DNA from: Escherichia coli
GTDB lineage: Bacteria > Pseudomonadota > Gammaproteobacteria > Enterobacterales > Enterobacteriaceae
Strand: one strand, 5' to 3'
DNA: 48,307 bases
Assembly: GCF_003334385.1 (NCBI RefSeq)
Contig: NZ_QOWN01000033.1
The notes under the pieces were generated by a model. The model was not told where the DNA came from, searched no databases, and saw nothing but the letters and a program-made list of their open reading frames with translations. The position numbers and the translations under genes were made by a program. Shown piece after piece: positions 36,846-48,300 of the stretch (position 1 is the first letter of the stretch; each line of letters begins with the position of its first letter).

Positions 36846-36932
36846 ACGTTGAGCGTAATAAAACCCACCAGCCGTAAGGTGAATGTTTTACGTTTAACCT
36901 GGCAACCAGACATAAGAAGGTGAATAGCCCCG

Positions 36933-37937
36933 ATGTTGAATACGCTGATTGTGGGTGCCAGCGGCTACGCTGGCGCAGAGCTAGTGACCTATGTAAATCG
37001 CCATCCGCATATGAACATAACCGCTTTGACTGTTTCAGCGCAAAGCAATGATGCGGGAAAGTTAATCTCCGATTTGCATCCGCAGCTAAAAGGCATCGTT
37101 GATCTGCCGTTGCAGCCGATGTCGGATATCAGCGAGTTTAGCCCAGGGGTGGACGTAGTGTTTCTCGCCACCGCCCATGAAGTTAGCCACGATTTAGCGC
37201 CGCAGTTTCTTGAAGCGGGCTGCGTGGTGTTCGACCTTTCCGGCGCGTTTCGTGTTAACGACGCCACCTTCTATGAAAAATATTACGGCTTTACCCATCA
37301 ATACCCGGAACTGTTGGAACAGGCAGCCTACGGTCTGGCGGAGTGGTGCGGTAATAAATTAAAAGAAGCGAATTTGATTGCGGTGCCGGGCTGTTATCCG
37401 ACGGCGGCACAGCTGGCGCTGAAACCGTTGATTGATGCCGATCTTCTTGACCTCAATCAGTGGCCGGTGATCAACGCCACCAGCGGCGTGAGCGGTGCAG
37501 GGCGTAAAGCGGCCATTTCAAACAGCTTTTGTGAAGTTAGCCTGCAACCGTATGGCGTCTTTACTCATCGCCATCAACCAGAGATCGCCACACACCTCGG
37601 TGCTGACGTTATCTTCACCCCACATCTGGGCAATTTCCCGCGCGGCATTCTCGAAACCATTACCTGCCGCCTGAAATCGGGTGTGACCCAGGCGCAAGTC
37701 GCGCAAGTGTTACAGCAGGCGTATGCCCATAAACCGCTGGTGCGGCTGTATGACAAAGGCGTTCCGGCGCTGAAAAATGTCGTTGGGCTGCCATTTTGCG
37801 ATATCGGGTTTGCCGTTCAGGGCGAGCATCTGATTATTGTGGCGACCGAAGACAACTTACTGAAAGGCGCGGCGGCACAAGCGGTACAGTGCGCCAATAT
37901 TCGTTTCGGCTATGCGGAAACGCAGTCTCTTATTTAA
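36933..37937 (+). CDS. argC: N-acetyl-gamma-glutamyl-phosphate reductase ArgC (334 aa)
   Basis: Full-length [40 protein letters not shown].... Confidence 0.96.
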
Positions 37938-37944
37938 GGGTGCA

Positions 37945-38721
37945 ATGATGAATCCATTAATTATCAAACTGGGCGGCGTACTGCTTGATAGTGAAGAGGC
38001 GCTGGAACGTCTGTTTAGCGCACTGGTGAATTATCGTGAGTCACATCAGCGTCCGCTGGTGATTGTGCACGGCGGCGGTTGCGTGGTGGATGAGCTGATG
38101 AAAGGGCTGAATCTGCCGGTGAAAAAGAAAAACGGCCTGCGGGTGACGCCTGCTGATCAGATAGACATTATCACCGGAGCACTGGCGGGAACGGCAAATA
38201 AAACCCTGTTGGCATGGGCGAAGAAACATCAGATTGCGGCCGTAGGTTTGTTTCTCGGTGACGGCGACAGCGTCAAAGTGACCCAGCTTGATGAAGAGTT
38301 AGGTCATGTTGGACTGGCGCAGCCAGGTTCGCCTAAGCTTATCAACTCCTTGCTGGAGAACGGTTATCTGCCGGTGGTCAGCTCCATTGGCGTAACAGAC
38401 GAAGGGCAACTGATGAACGTCAATGCCGACCAGGCGGCAACGGCGCTGGCGGCAACGCTGGGCGCGGATCTGATTTTGCTCTCCGACGTCAGCGGCATTC
38501 TCGACGGCAAAGGGCAACGCATTGCCGAAATGACCGCCGCGAAAGCAGAACAACTGATTGAGCAGGGCATTATTACTGACGGCATGATAGTGAAAGTGAA
38601 CGCGGCGCTGGATGCGGCCCGCACGCTGGGCCGTCCGGTAGATATCGCCTCCTGGCGTCATGCGGAGCAGCTTCCGGCACTGTTTAACGGTATGCCGATG
38701 GGTACGCGGATTTTAGCTTAA
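37945..38721 (+). CDS. argB: Acetylglutamate kinase ArgB (258 aa)
   Basis: ORF contains [45 protein letters not shown]...; canonical start internal to the track ORF. Confidence 0.94.
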
Positions 38722-38781
38722 GTTTTGTTGGCCGGAGGCGCAGCTTTCCGGCATTGAATTTCAAAATAAGGAAACAGAGTT

Positions 38782-40155
38782 ATGGCACTTTGGGGCGGGC
38801 GTTTTACCCAGGCAGCAGATCAACGGTTCAAACAATTCAACGACTCACTGCGCTTTGATTACCGTCTGGCGGAGCAGGATATTGTTGGCTCTGTGGCCTG
38901 GTCCAAAGCCCTGGTCACGGTAGGCGTGTTAACCGCAGAAGAGCAGGCGCAACTGGAAGAGGCGCTGAACGTGTTGCTGGAAGATGTTCGCGCCAGGCCA
39001 CAACAAATCCTTGAAAGCGACGCCGAAGATATCCATAGCTGGGTGGAAGGCAAACTGATCGACAAAGTGGGCCAGTTAGGCAAAAAGCTGCATACCGGGC
39101 GTAGCCGTAATGATCAGGTAGCGACTGACCTGAAACTGTGGTGCAAAGATACCGTTAGCGAGTTACTGACGGCTAACCGGCAGCTGCAATCGGCGCTGGT
39201 GGAAACCGCACAAAACAATCAGGACGCGGTAATGCCTGGTTACACTCACCTGCAACGCGCCCAGCCGGTGACGTTCGCGCACTGGTGCCTGGCCTATGTT
39301 GAGATGCTGGCGCGTGATGAAAGCCGTTTGCAGGATGCGCTTAAGCGTCTGGATGTCAGCCCGCTAGGCTGTGGCGCGCTGGCGGGAACGGCCTATGAAA
39401 TCGACCGTGAACAGTTAGCAGGCTGGCTGGGCTTTGCTTCGGCGACCCGTAACAGTCTCGACAGCGTTTCTGACCGTGACCATGTGTTGGAACTGCTTTC
39501 TGCTGCCGCTATCGGCATGGTGCATCTGTCGCGTTTTGCTGAAGATCTGATTTTCTTTAACACCGGCGAAGCGGGGTTTGTGGAGCTTTCTGACCGCGTG
39601 ACTTCCGGTTCATCATTAATGCCGCAGAAGAAAAACCCGGATGCGCTGGAGCTGATTCGCGGTAAATGCGGCCGGGTGCAGGGGGCGTTAACCGGCATGA
39701 TGATGACGCTGAAAGGTTTGCCGCTGGCTTACAACAAAGATATGCAGGAAGACAAAGAAGGTCTGTTCGACGCGCTCGATACCTGGCTGGACAGCCTGCA
39801 TATGGCGGCGCTGGTGCTGGACGGCATTCAGGTGAAACGTCCACGTTGCCAGGAAGCGGCTCAGCAGGGTTACGCCAACGCCACCGAACTGGCGGATTAT
39901 CTGGTGGCGAAAGGCGTACCGTTCCGCGAGGCGCACCATATTGTTGGTGAAGCGGTGGTGGAAGCCATTCGTCAGGGCAAACCGCTGGAAGATCTGCCGC
40001 TCAGTGAGTTGCAGAAATTCAGTCAGGTGATTGACGAAGATGTCTATCCGATTCTGTCGCTGCAATCGTGCCTCGACAAGCGTGCGGCAAAAGGCGGCGT
40101 CTCACCGCAGCAGGTGGCGCAGGCGATTGCTTTTGCGCAGGCTCGGTTAGGGTAA
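38782..40155 (+). CDS. argH: Argininosuccinate lyase ArgH (457 aa)
   Basis: Full-length [36 protein letters not shown].... Confidence 0.96.
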   Translation: MALWGGRFTQAADQRFKQFNDSLRFDYRLAEQDIVGSVAWSKALVTVGVLTAEEQAQLEEALNVLLEDVRARPQQILESDAEDIHSWVEGKLIDKVGQLGKKLHTGRSRNDQVATDLKLWCKDTVSELLTANRQLQSALVETAQNNQDAVMPGYTHLQRAQPVTFAHWCLAYVEMLARDESRLQDALKRLDVSPLGCGALAGTAYEIDREQLAGWLGFASATRNSLDSVSDRDHVLELLSAAAIGMVHLSRFAEDLIFFNTGEAGFVELSDRVTSGSSLMPQKKNPDALELIRGKCGRVQGALTGMMMTLKGLPLAYNKDMQEDKEGLFDALDTWLDSLHMAALVLDGIQVKRPRCQEAAQQGYANATELADYLVAKGVPFREAHHIVGEAVVEAIRQGKPLEDLPLSELQKFSQVIDEDVYPILSLQSCLDKRAAKGGVSPQQVAQAIAFAQARLG

Positions 40156-40177
40156 GAACATTTATATGTATAAATTT

Positions 40178-40208
40178 GAGCCTGGCTTATCGCCGGGCTT
40201 TTTTATGG
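40178..40208 (+). terminator. Intrinsic terminator after argH
   Basis: GAGCCTGGC-TTATC-GCCGGGCTTTTTTAT. Confidence 0.6.
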
Positions 40209-40210
40209 CA

Positions 40211-40326
40211 AAAAAAAGCGGATCCTGGAGATCCGCAAAAGTTCACGTTGGCTTTAGTTATTCGAGTTGAGAAACTCTCGAAACGGGCAGTGACTTCAAG
40301 GGTTAAAAGAGGTGCCGCTCCGTTTC
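40211..40326 (-). ncRNA. oxyS: OxyS small regulatory RNA (about 109 nt) with its terminator
   Basis: Minus strand of 40218-40326 reads GAAACGGAGCGGCACCTCTTTTAACCCTTGAAGTCACTGCCCGTTTCGAGAGTTTCTCAACTCGAATAACTAAAGCCAACGTGAACTTTTGCGGATCTCCAGGATCCGC, matching my recollection of OxyS; the T-tract follows. Confidence 0.9.
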
Positions 40327-40354
40327 TGTGAGCAATTATCAGTCAGAATGCTTG

Positions 40355-40418
40355 ATAGGGATAATCGTTCATTGCTATTCTACCTATCGCCATGAACTAT
40401 CGTGGCGATGGAGGATGG
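40355..40418. promoter_or_regulatory. OxyR binding site / divergent oxyS-oxyR promoters
   Basis: GATAGGGATAATCGTTCATTGCTATTCTACCTATCGCCATGAACTATCGTGGCGATG with repeated ATAG/CTAT elements between the oxyS 5' end and the oxyR start. Confidence 0.6.
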
Positions 40419-40421
40419 ATA

Positions 40422-41339
40422 ATGAATATTCGTGATCTTGAGTACCTGGTGGCATTGGCTGAACACCGCCATTTTCGGCGTGCGGCAGATTCCTGCCACG
40501 TTAGCCAGCCGACGCTTAGCGGGCAAATTCGTAAGCTGGAAGATGAGCTGGGCGTGATGTTGCTGGAGCGGACCAGCCGTAAAGTGTTGTTCACCCAGGC
40601 GGGAATGCTGCTGGTGGATCAGGCGCGTACCGTGCTGCGTGAGGTGAAAGTCCTTAAAGAGATGGCAAGCCAGCAGGGCGAGACGATGTCCGGACCGCTG
40701 CACATTGGTTTGATTCCCACAGTTGGACCGTACCTGCTACCGCATATTATCCCTATGCTGCACCAGACCTTTCCAAAGCTGGAAATGTATCTGCATGAAG
40801 CACAGACCCACCAGTTACTGGCGCAACTGGACAGCGGCAAACTCGATTGCGTGATCCTCGCGCTGGTGAAAGAGAGCGAAGCATTCATTGAAGTGCCGTT
40901 GTTTGATGAGCCAATGTTGCTGGCTATCTATGAAGATCACCCGTGGGCGAACCGCGAATGCGTACCGATGGCCGATCTGGCAGGGGAAAAACTGCTGATG
41001 CTGGAAGATGGTCACTGTTTGCGCGATCAGGCAATGGGTTTCTGTTTTGAAGCCGGGGCGGATGAAGATACACACTTCCGCGCGACCAGCCTGGAAACTC
41101 TGCGCAACATGGTGGCGGCAGGTAGCGGGATCACTTTACTGCCAGCGCTGGCTGTGCCGCCGGAGCGCAAACGCGATGGGGTTGTTTATCTGCCGTGCAT
41201 TAAGCCGGAACCACGCCGCACTATTGGCCTGGTTTATCGTCCTGGCTCACCGCTGCGCAGCCGCTATGAGCAGCTGGCAGAGGCCATCCGCGCAAGAATG
41301 GATGGCCATTTCGATAAAGTTTTAAAACAGGCGGTTTAA
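40422..41339 (+). CDS. oxyR: LysR-family peroxide-sensing regulator OxyR (305 aa)
   Basis: ORF contains [44 protein letters not shown]... and the redox cysteines in HCLRD and GFCFEAG. Confidence 0.96.
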   Translation: MNIRDLEYLVALAEHRHFRRAADSCHVSQPTLSGQIRKLEDELGVMLLERTSRKVLFTQAGMLLVDQARTVLREVKVLKEMASQQGETMSGPLHIGLIPTVGPYLLPHIIPMLHQTFPKLEMYLHEAQTHQLLAQLDSGKLDCVILALVKESEAFIEVPLFDEPMLLAIYEDHPWANRECVPMADLAGEKLLMLEDGHCLRDQAMGFCFEAGADEDTHFRATSLETLRNMVAAGSGITLLPALAVPPERKRDGVVYLPCIKPEPRRTIGLVYRPGSPLRSRYEQLAEAIRARMDGHFDKVLKQAV

Positions 41340-42722
41340 ACCGTTTAACGCAGCTACCCGATAGGCTTCCGCCATCGTCGGGTAGTTAAAGGTGGTGTTG
41401 ACGAAGTACTCAATAGTGTTGCCGCCACCTTTCTGTTCCATAATCGCCTGACCGATATGAATAATTTCGGCAGCGCGCTCGCCAAAGCAGTGAATACCCA
41501 GAATCTCTTTTGTTTCCCGATGGAACAAAATTTTCAGCGTGCCCACGTTCATGCCGACGATTTGTGCGCGTGCCAGATGTTTAAACTGGGCGCGGCCCAC
41601 TTCATATGGCACTTTCATTGCGGTCAGCTGCTGTTCGGTTTTGCCCACAGAGCTGATTTCCGGGATGGTGTAAATACCGGTAGGGATATCTTCAATCAGA
41701 TGTGCGGTGGCTTCGCCTTTTACCAGCGCCTGCGCGGCAATGCGCCCCTGGTCATAGGCCGCCGACGCCAGGCTCGGATAACCAATCACGTCGCCCACCG
41801 CGTAAACGTGTGGCTGTGCGGTCTGATACATGCTGTTGACCTTCAGCTGTCCGCGGCTGTCAGTTTCTAGCCCAATGTTCTGTAACGCCAGCGAATCGGT
41901 ATTACCGGTGCGACCGTTGGCATAGAGCAGGCAGTCAGCTTTCAGTTTTTTACCCGACTTCAGATGCATGATCACACCATCGTCACAGCCTTCGATCTTC
42001 TCGTACTCTTCGTTGTGACGAATCACTACGCCACTGTTCCAGAAGTGATAGGAGAGAGAATCTGACATCTCTTGATCGAGAAATGCCAGCAGGCGATCGC
42101 GGGTGTTGATCAGATCCACTTTTACATCCATACCGCGGAAGATCGACGCATATTCACAGCCGATCACTCCAGCACCATAGATAAGTACATGGCGCGGTTC
42201 GTGGTGCATGCTGAGAATTGAGTCGCTGTCGTAAATGCGTGGATGGGTGAAATCAACATCTGTTGGATGATATGGACGAGAGCCGCAGGCAATAACAAAT
42301 TTTTCAGCGGTTAGTGTTTCAACGCTGCCGTCCGGGCAATCCAGCGCCAACGTATGCTCGTCAACAAAGCGAGCGTTTCCCTGCAATATTTCACAGTGAT
42401 TACGTTCGTAAAATCCCTGACGCATGCGCGTTTGTTGATTAATCACGTTATCGGCATGGTTAAGGATATCGGCAAAAGAAGAGCGGAGCAGTCGGGAATG
42501 GTCGCTGTAAAGTGGGTTTTGATTGAATTCTATAATGCGGCTGACGGCGTGACGGAGAGCTTTCGACGGGATGGTGCCCCAGTGGGTGCAACCGCCGCCA
42601 ACATTTTGATAACGCTCGATAACTGCGACGCGCGCACCTTGCTTAACCAGGCCCATTGCAGCGCCTTCGCCGCCGGGGCCGGAACCTATTACTATGGCAT
42701 CGTAATCGTAGGAATGTGGCAT
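41322..42722 (-). CDS. sthA: Soluble pyridine nucleotide transhydrogenase SthA/UdhA (466 aa)
   Basis: Full-length [41 protein letters not shown]... with FAD and NAD Rossmann motifs. Confidence 0.96.
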
Positions 42723-43055
42723 GGTAGGGCTTACCTGTTCTTATACATAAAAGCAACAGAATGGTAACATTTTATCGCGGGTAAGCCAATTGATCCCCGT
42801 CATTTATCTGGCTATATCCTGAGCGGCCTTTGCTTTGTCTGTTTCTTACTTTTGCCCTGACGTTTTATTGGATTTTTATCGACGATACTCTCCGTTTAAG
42901 CGGCAGGTTTCCGCTGTACGTAAAAGAACCGGCCAAAGAATTGCAGTAAATATGTTTTATTGCGTTACCGTTCATTCACAATACTGGAGCAATCCAGTAT
43001 GTTCATTCTCTGGTATAGTGCCAGCAGTACTTTTGGCAAGGATTCAGACATCGTG

Positions 43056-43703
43056 ATGGGCGTAAGAGCGCAACAAAAAGAAAAAACCCGCCGTTCGCTG
43101 GTGGAAGCCGCATTTAGCCAATTAAGTGCTGAACGCAGCTTCGCCAGCCTGAGTTTGCGTGAAGTGGCGCGTGAAGCGGGCATTGCTCCCACCTCTTTTT
43201 ATCGGCATTTCCGCGACGTAGACGAACTGGGTCTGACCATGGTTGATGAGAGCGGTTTAATGCTACGCCAACTCATGCGCCAGGCGCGTCAGCGTATCGC
43301 CAAAGGCGGGAGTGTGATCCGCACCTCGGTCTCCACATTTATGGAGTTCATCGGTAATAATCCTAACGCCTTCCGGTTATTATTGCGGGAACGCTCCGGC
43401 ACCTCCGCTGCGTTTCGTGCCGCCGTTGCGCGTGAAATTCAGCACTTCATTGCGGAACTTGCGGACTATCTGGAACTCGAAAACCATATGCCGCGTGCGT
43501 TTACTGAAGCGCAAGCCGAAGCAATGGTGACAATTGTCTTCAGTGCGGGTGCCGAGGCGTTGGACGTCGGCGTCGAACAACGTCGGCAATTAGAAGAGCG
43601 ACTGGTACTGCAACTGCGAATGATTTCGAAAGGGGCTTATTACTGGTATCGCCGTGAACAAGAGAAAACCGCAATTATTCCGGGAAATGTGAAGGACGAG
43701 TAA
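43056..43703 (+). CDS. fabR: TetR-family fatty-acid biosynthesis repressor FabR (215 aa from this start; in-frame upstream ATGs at 42960 and 42999 are alternative starts)
   Basis: ORF contains [52 protein letters not shown]... with TetR HTH. Confidence 0.88.
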
Positions 43704-44062
43704 TGAAACAAGCAAATCAAGATAGAGGTACGCTGCTGCTGGCGTTAGTTGCTGGCTTATCGATTAATGGTACTTTCGCAGCGCTGTTTAGCTCCATTGT
43801 GCCATTTTCTGTATTCCCGATTATTTCCCTGGTGCTGACGGTTTACTGCCTGCATCAACGTTATCTTAATCGCACTATGCCGGTAGGCTTGCCGGGTCTG
43901 GCAGCTGCCTGTTTTATTCTCGGCGTACTGCTGTACAGCACGGTAGTTCGTGCGGAATATCCGGATATCGGCTCTAACTTCTTCCCGGCAGTACTCTCCG
44001 TCATTATGGTGTTCTGGATTGGCGCGAAGATGCGTAACCGTAAGCAGGAAGTTGCTGAGTAA
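43703..44062 (+). CDS. yijD: Small inner-membrane protein YijD (119 aa)
   Basis: [53 protein letters not shown]...; start overlaps the fabR stop (TAATG). Confidence 0.88.
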
Positions 44063-44070
44063 TCGGTATT

Positions 44071-44096
44071 ATGCCGGATGCTGACGCATCCGGCAT
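44071..44096. terminator. REP-like perfect palindrome between convergent yijD and trmA (likely bidirectional terminator)
   Basis: ATGCCGGATGC-TGAC-GCATCCGGCAT. Confidence 0.5.
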
Positions 44097-44101
44097 GGGT
44101 T

Positions 44102-45202
44102 TTACTTCGCGGTCAGTAATACGCCGCACTCCATATGGTGCGTGTAGGGGAACTGATCAAACAGAGCCAGACGTTCGACCTTGTGCGTCTGGCTTAATGT
44201 TTCCAGATTCTTGCATAACGTTTCCGGGTTACAGGAGATGTACAAAATACGCGGATACGCCTGCACCATTTTCTCGGTTTCACTGTCCAGACCGCTGCGC
44301 GGTGGGTCGACAAAAATGGTTTCGCACTGATAACTCTTTAAGTCGATCCCTTGCAGGCGGTTAAACTCGCGCACACCATTCATCGCCTGAGTAAATTCTT
44401 CTGCCGCCATACGAATAATTTGTACGTTATCAATATGGTTAGCTGCGATGTTGTATTGCGCAGCAGCAACCGACGGCTTAGCGATTTCGGTGGCTAATAC
44501 CCGATCAAAATTACGCGCCAGCGCTAATGAAAAGTTACCGTTGCCGCAGTACAGCTCCAGTAAATCGCCTTTTGAGCCTTTGGTTACGTCCAGCGCCCAT
44601 TCCAGCATCTGAATATTCATCGCCGCGTTCGGCTGGGTAAAGCTGTTTTCTACCTGACGGTAGATCATCTCTTTCCCTGCGACCGGCAGACGTTCATCGA
44701 TGTAATCCTGATCCAGCTCGATTTTGGTTTTCGTTGCCCGACCAATCAGATGCACATTCAGATTCTGCGCGCGCAGTGCATCGCGCAGGGCCTCCGCTTC
44801 CTGACGCCACTCATCATCCAGCTTCTTATGGTATAGCAGGGAAACCACCGCCTGATTACTCAGCGTAGTGAGGTAATCAATCTGGAACAACTTGTGGCGC
44901 AGAACGGGATTATTACGCACACCCGCAATCATCGCCGTCATCAACTGGTTGATAAGTTCACTGGCGGCGGGGAAGCTATCCACGCGGATGCGGCTTTTGG
45001 TTTGTTGATCGAAAATGATGTGATACAGGTCATCGCCATCGTGCCAGATGCGGAACTCCGCGCGCATCCGGTAATGACTGACCGGCGAGCGAAACACTTC
45101 CGGAACCAGGTCAGAAAACGGTGCCATCATACTTTGCAAACGTACCACTTTTTCGGCTAACTGCGCTTCATACTGTTCTGTTGGAAGGTGTTCGGGGGTC
45201 AT
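44102..45202 (-). CDS. trmA: tRNA/tmRNA (uracil-C5)-methyltransferase TrmA (366 aa)
   Basis: Full-length [43 protein letters not shown].... Confidence 0.96.
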
Positions 45203-45330
45203 GATGTATCCTGAAAAATTAAAGTACGCGGCGATTGTAGGGATTGCTCATCAGATGTCCAGATCTTGATGAATTCCTATTTGTGAGCTACGTCTGGACA
45301 GTAACTTGTTACAACCTGTAGCATCCACTT

Positions 45331-45570
45331 GCCGGTCCTGTGAGTTAATAGGGAATCCAGTGCGAATCTGGAGCTGACGCGCAGCGGTAAGGAAAGGTGC
45401 GATGATTGCGTTATGCGGACACTGCCATTCGGTGGGAAGTCATCATCTCTTAGTATCTTAGATACCCCTCCAAGCCCGAAGACCTGCCGGCCAACGTCGC
45501 ATCTGGTTCTCATCATCGCGTAATATTGATGAAACCTGCGGCATCCTTCTTCTATTGTGGATGCTTTACA
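45331..45570 (+). promoter_or_regulatory. btuB leader: adenosylcobalamin (B12) riboswitch
   Basis: Leader GCCGGTCCTGTGAGTTAATAGGGAATCCAGTGCGAATCTGGAGCTGACGCGCAGCGGTAAGGAAAGGTGCGATG... with B12-box-like AAGCCCGAAGACCTGCCGG (about 45473-45490) upstream of the btuB ATG. Confidence 0.85.
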
Positions 45571-47442
45571 ATGATTAAAAAAGCTTCGCTGCTGACGGCG
45601 TGTTCCGTCACGGCATTTTCCGCTTGGGCACAGGATACCAGCCCGGATACTCTCGTCGTTACTGCTAACCGTTTTGAACAGCCGCGCAGCACTGTGCTTG
45701 CACCAACCACCGTTGTGACCCGTCAGGATATCGACCGCTGGCAGTCGACCTCGGTCAATGATGTGCTGCGCCGTCTTCCGGGCGTCGATATCACCCAAAA
45801 CGGCGGTTCAGGTCAGCTCTCATCTATTTTTATTCGCGGTACAAATGCCAGTCATGTGTTGGTGTTAATTGATGGCGTACGCCTGAATCTGGCGGGGGTG
45901 AGTGGTTCTGCCGACCTTAGCCAGTTCCCTATTGCGCTTGTCCAGCGTGTTGAATATATCCGTGGGCCGCGCTCCGCTGTTTATGGTTCCGATGCAATAG
46001 GCGGGGTGGTGAATATCATCACGACGCGCGATGAACCCGGAACGGAAATTTCAGCAGGGTGGGGAAGCAATAGTTATCAGAACTATGATGTCTCTACGCA
46101 GCAACAACTGGGGGATAAGACACGGGTAACGCTGTTGGGCGATTATGCCCATACTCATGGTTATGATGTTGTTGCCTATGGTAATACCGGAACGCAAGCG
46201 CAGACAGATAACGATGGTTTTTTAAGTAAAACGCTTTATGGCGCGCTGGAGCATAACTTTACTGATGCCTGGAGCGGCTTTGTGCGCGGCTATGGCTATG
46301 ATAACCGTACCAATTATGACGCGTATTATTCTCCCGGTTCACCGTTGCTCGATACCCGTAAACTCTATAGCCAAAGTTGGGACGCCGGGCTGCGCTATAA
46401 CGGCGAACTGATTAAATCACAACTCATTACCAGCTATAGCCATAGCAAAGATTACAACTACGATCCCCATTATGGTCGTTATGATTCGTCGGCGACGCTC
46501 GATGAGATGAAGCAATACACCGTCCAGTGGGCAAACAATGTCATCGTTGGTCACGGTAGTATTGGTGCGGGTGTCGACTGGCAGAAACAGACTACGACGC
46601 CGGGTACAGGTTATGTTGAGGATGGATATGATCAACGTAATACCGGCATCTATCTGACCGGGCTGCAACAAGTCGGCGATTTTACCTTTGAAGGCGCAGC
46701 ACGCAGTGACGATAACTCACAGTTTGGTCGTCATGGAACCTGGCAAACCAGCGCCGGTTGGGAATTCATCGAAGGTTATCGCTTCATTGCTTCCTACGGG
46801 ACATCTTATAAGGCACCAAATCTGGGGCAACTGTATGGCTTCTACGGAAATCCGAATCTGGACCCGGAGAAAAGCAAACAGTGGGAAGGCGCGTTTGAAG
46901 GCTTAACCGCTGGGGTGAACTGGCGTATTTCCGGATATCGTAACGATGTCAGTGACTTGATCGATTATGATGATCACACCCTGAAATATTACAACGAAGG
47001 GAAAGCGCGGATTAAGGGCGTCGAGGCGACCGCCAATTTTGATACCGGACCACTGACGCATACTGTGAGTTATGATTATGTCGATGCGCGCAATGCGATT
47101 ACCGACACGCCGTTGTTACGCCGTGCTAAACAGCAGGTGAAATACCAGCTCGACTGGCAGTTGTATGACTTCGACTGGGGTATTACTTATCAGTATTTAG
47201 GCACTCGCTATGATAAGGATTACTCATCTTATCCTTATCAAACCGTTAAAATGGGCGGTGTGAGCTTGTGGGATCTTGCGGTTGCGTATCCGGTCACCTC
47301 TCACCTGACAGTTCGTGGTAAAATAGCCAACCTGTTCGACAAAGATTATGAGACAGTCTATGGCTACCAAACTGCAGGACGGGAATACACCTTGTCTGGC
47401 AGCTACACCTTCAGAACCACGTCCCACCGTGCTGGTGTTTGA
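45571..47442 (+). CDS. btuB: TonB-dependent vitamin B12 / colicin / phage BF23 outer-membrane receptor BtuB, here 623 codons: canonical 614 plus a 9-residue C-terminal extension (RTTSHRAGV) from a stop-loss
   Basis: ORF contains [35 protein letters not shown] (signal peptide and TonB box) through ...TLSGSYTF; the codon after the terminal Phe (47413-47415) is AGA, not a stop, and the next in-frame stop is TGA at 47440-47442. Confidence 0.9.
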   Translation: MIKKASLLTACSVTAFSAWAQDTSPDTLVVTANRFEQPRSTVLAPTTVVTRQDIDRWQSTSVNDVLRRLPGVDITQNGGSGQLSSIFIRGTNASHVLVLIDGVRLNLAGVSGSADLSQFPIALVQRVEYIRGPRSAVYGSDAIGGVVNIITTRDEPGTEISAGWGSNSYQNYDVSTQQQLGDKTRVTLLGDYAHTHGYDVVAYGNTGTQAQTDNDGFLSKTLYGALEHNFTDAWSGFVRGYGYDNRTNYDAYYSPGSPLLDTRKLYSQSWDAGLRYNGELIKSQLITSYSHSKDYNYDPHYGRYDSSATLDEMKQYTVQWANNVIVGHGSIGAGVDWQKQTTTPGTGYVEDGYDQRNTGIYLTGLQQVGDFTFEGAARSDDNSQFGRHGTWQTSAGWEFIEGYRFIASYGTSYKAPNLGQLYGFYGNPNLDPEKSKQWEGAFEGLTAGVNWRISGYRNDVSDLIDYDDHTLKYYNEGKARIKGVEATANFDTGPLTHTVSYDYVDARNAITDTPLLRRAKQQVKYQLDWQLYDFDWGITYQYLGTRYDKDYSSYPYQTVKMGGVSLWDLAVAYPVTSHLTVRGKIANLFDKDYETVYGYQTAGREYTLSGSYTFRTTSHRAGV

Positions 47443-48217
47443 CTCCGGCGTCGGTGGGTTGTCGGTCTATGACGAGATCCGGCATCTCTTACCGGATCTC
47501 CATTACATTTATGCTTTCGATAACGTCGCTTTCCCGTATGGCGAAAAAAGCGAAGCGTTTATTGTTGAGCGAGTGGTGGCAATTGTCACCGCGGTGCAAG
47601 AACGTTATCCCCTTGCGCTGGCTGTGGTCGCTTGCAACACTGCCAGTACCGTTTCACTTCCTGCATTACGCGAAAAGTTCGACTTCCCGGTTGTTGGTGT
47701 CGTGCCGGCGATTAAACCTGCTGCACGTCTGACGGCAAATGGCATTGTCGGATTACTGGCAACCCGCGGAACAGTTAAACGTTCTTATACTCATGAGCTG
47801 ATCGCGCGTTTCGCTAATGAATGCCAGATAGAAATGCTGGGCTCGGCAGAGATGGTTGAGTTGGCTGAAGCGAAGCTACATGGCGAAGATGTTTCTCTGG
47901 ATGCACTAAAACGTATCCTACGCCCGTGGTTAAGAATGAAAGAGCCGCCAGATACCGTTGTATTGGGTTGCACCCATTTCCCTCTACTACAAGAAGAACT
48001 GTTACAAGTGCTGCCAGAGGGAACCCGGCTGGTGGATTCTGGCGCAGCGATTGCTCGCCGAACGGCCTGGTTGTTAGAACATGAAGCCCCGGATGCAAAA
48101 TCTGCCGATGCGAATATTGCCTTTTGTATGGCAATGACGCCAGGAGCTGAACAATTATTGCCCGTTTTACAGCGTTACGGCTTCGAAACGCTCGAAAAAC
48201 TGGCAGTTTTAGGCTGA
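47360..48217 (+). CDS. murI: Glutamate racemase MurI (285 aa)
   Basis: ORF contains [40 protein letters not shown]...; start lies inside the btuB 3' end in a different frame. Confidence 0.94.
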   Translation: MATKLQDGNTPCLAATPSEPRPTVLVFDSGVGGLSVYDEIRHLLPDLHYIYAFDNVAFPYGEKSEAFIVERVVAIVTAVQERYPLALAVVACNTASTVSLPALREKFDFPVVGVVPAIKPAARLTANGIVGLLATRGTVKRSYTHELIARFANECQIEMLGSAEMVELAEAKLHGEDVSLDALKRILRPWLRMKEPPDTVVLGCTHFPLLQEELLQVLPEGTRLVDSGAAIARRTAWLLEHEAPDAKSADANIAFCMAMTPGAEQLLPVLQRYGFETLEKLAVLG

Positions 48218-48237
48218 TTTGGTTGAATGTTGCGCGG

Positions 48238-48300
48238 TCAGAAAATTATTTTAAATTTCCTCTTGTCAGGCCGGAATAACTCCCTATAATGCGCCACCAC
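48238..48300 (+). promoter_or_regulatory. rrnB P1 ribosomal RNA promoter (UP element, -35 TTGTCA at 48263-48268, -10 TATAAT at 48285-48290); the rRNA operon itself lies beyond the window
   Basis: TCAGAAAATTATTTTAAATTTCCTCTTGTCAGGCCGGAATAACTCCCTATAATGCGCCACCACTGACACG, which I recognise as the rrnB P1 core with its A/T-rich UP element. Confidence 0.85.

Noticed and set aside
45277-45798. 173-aa ORF on the minus strand
   Set aside because: Covers the btuB riboswitch leader and btuB 5' end in antisense; the region is explained by the structured leader RNA.
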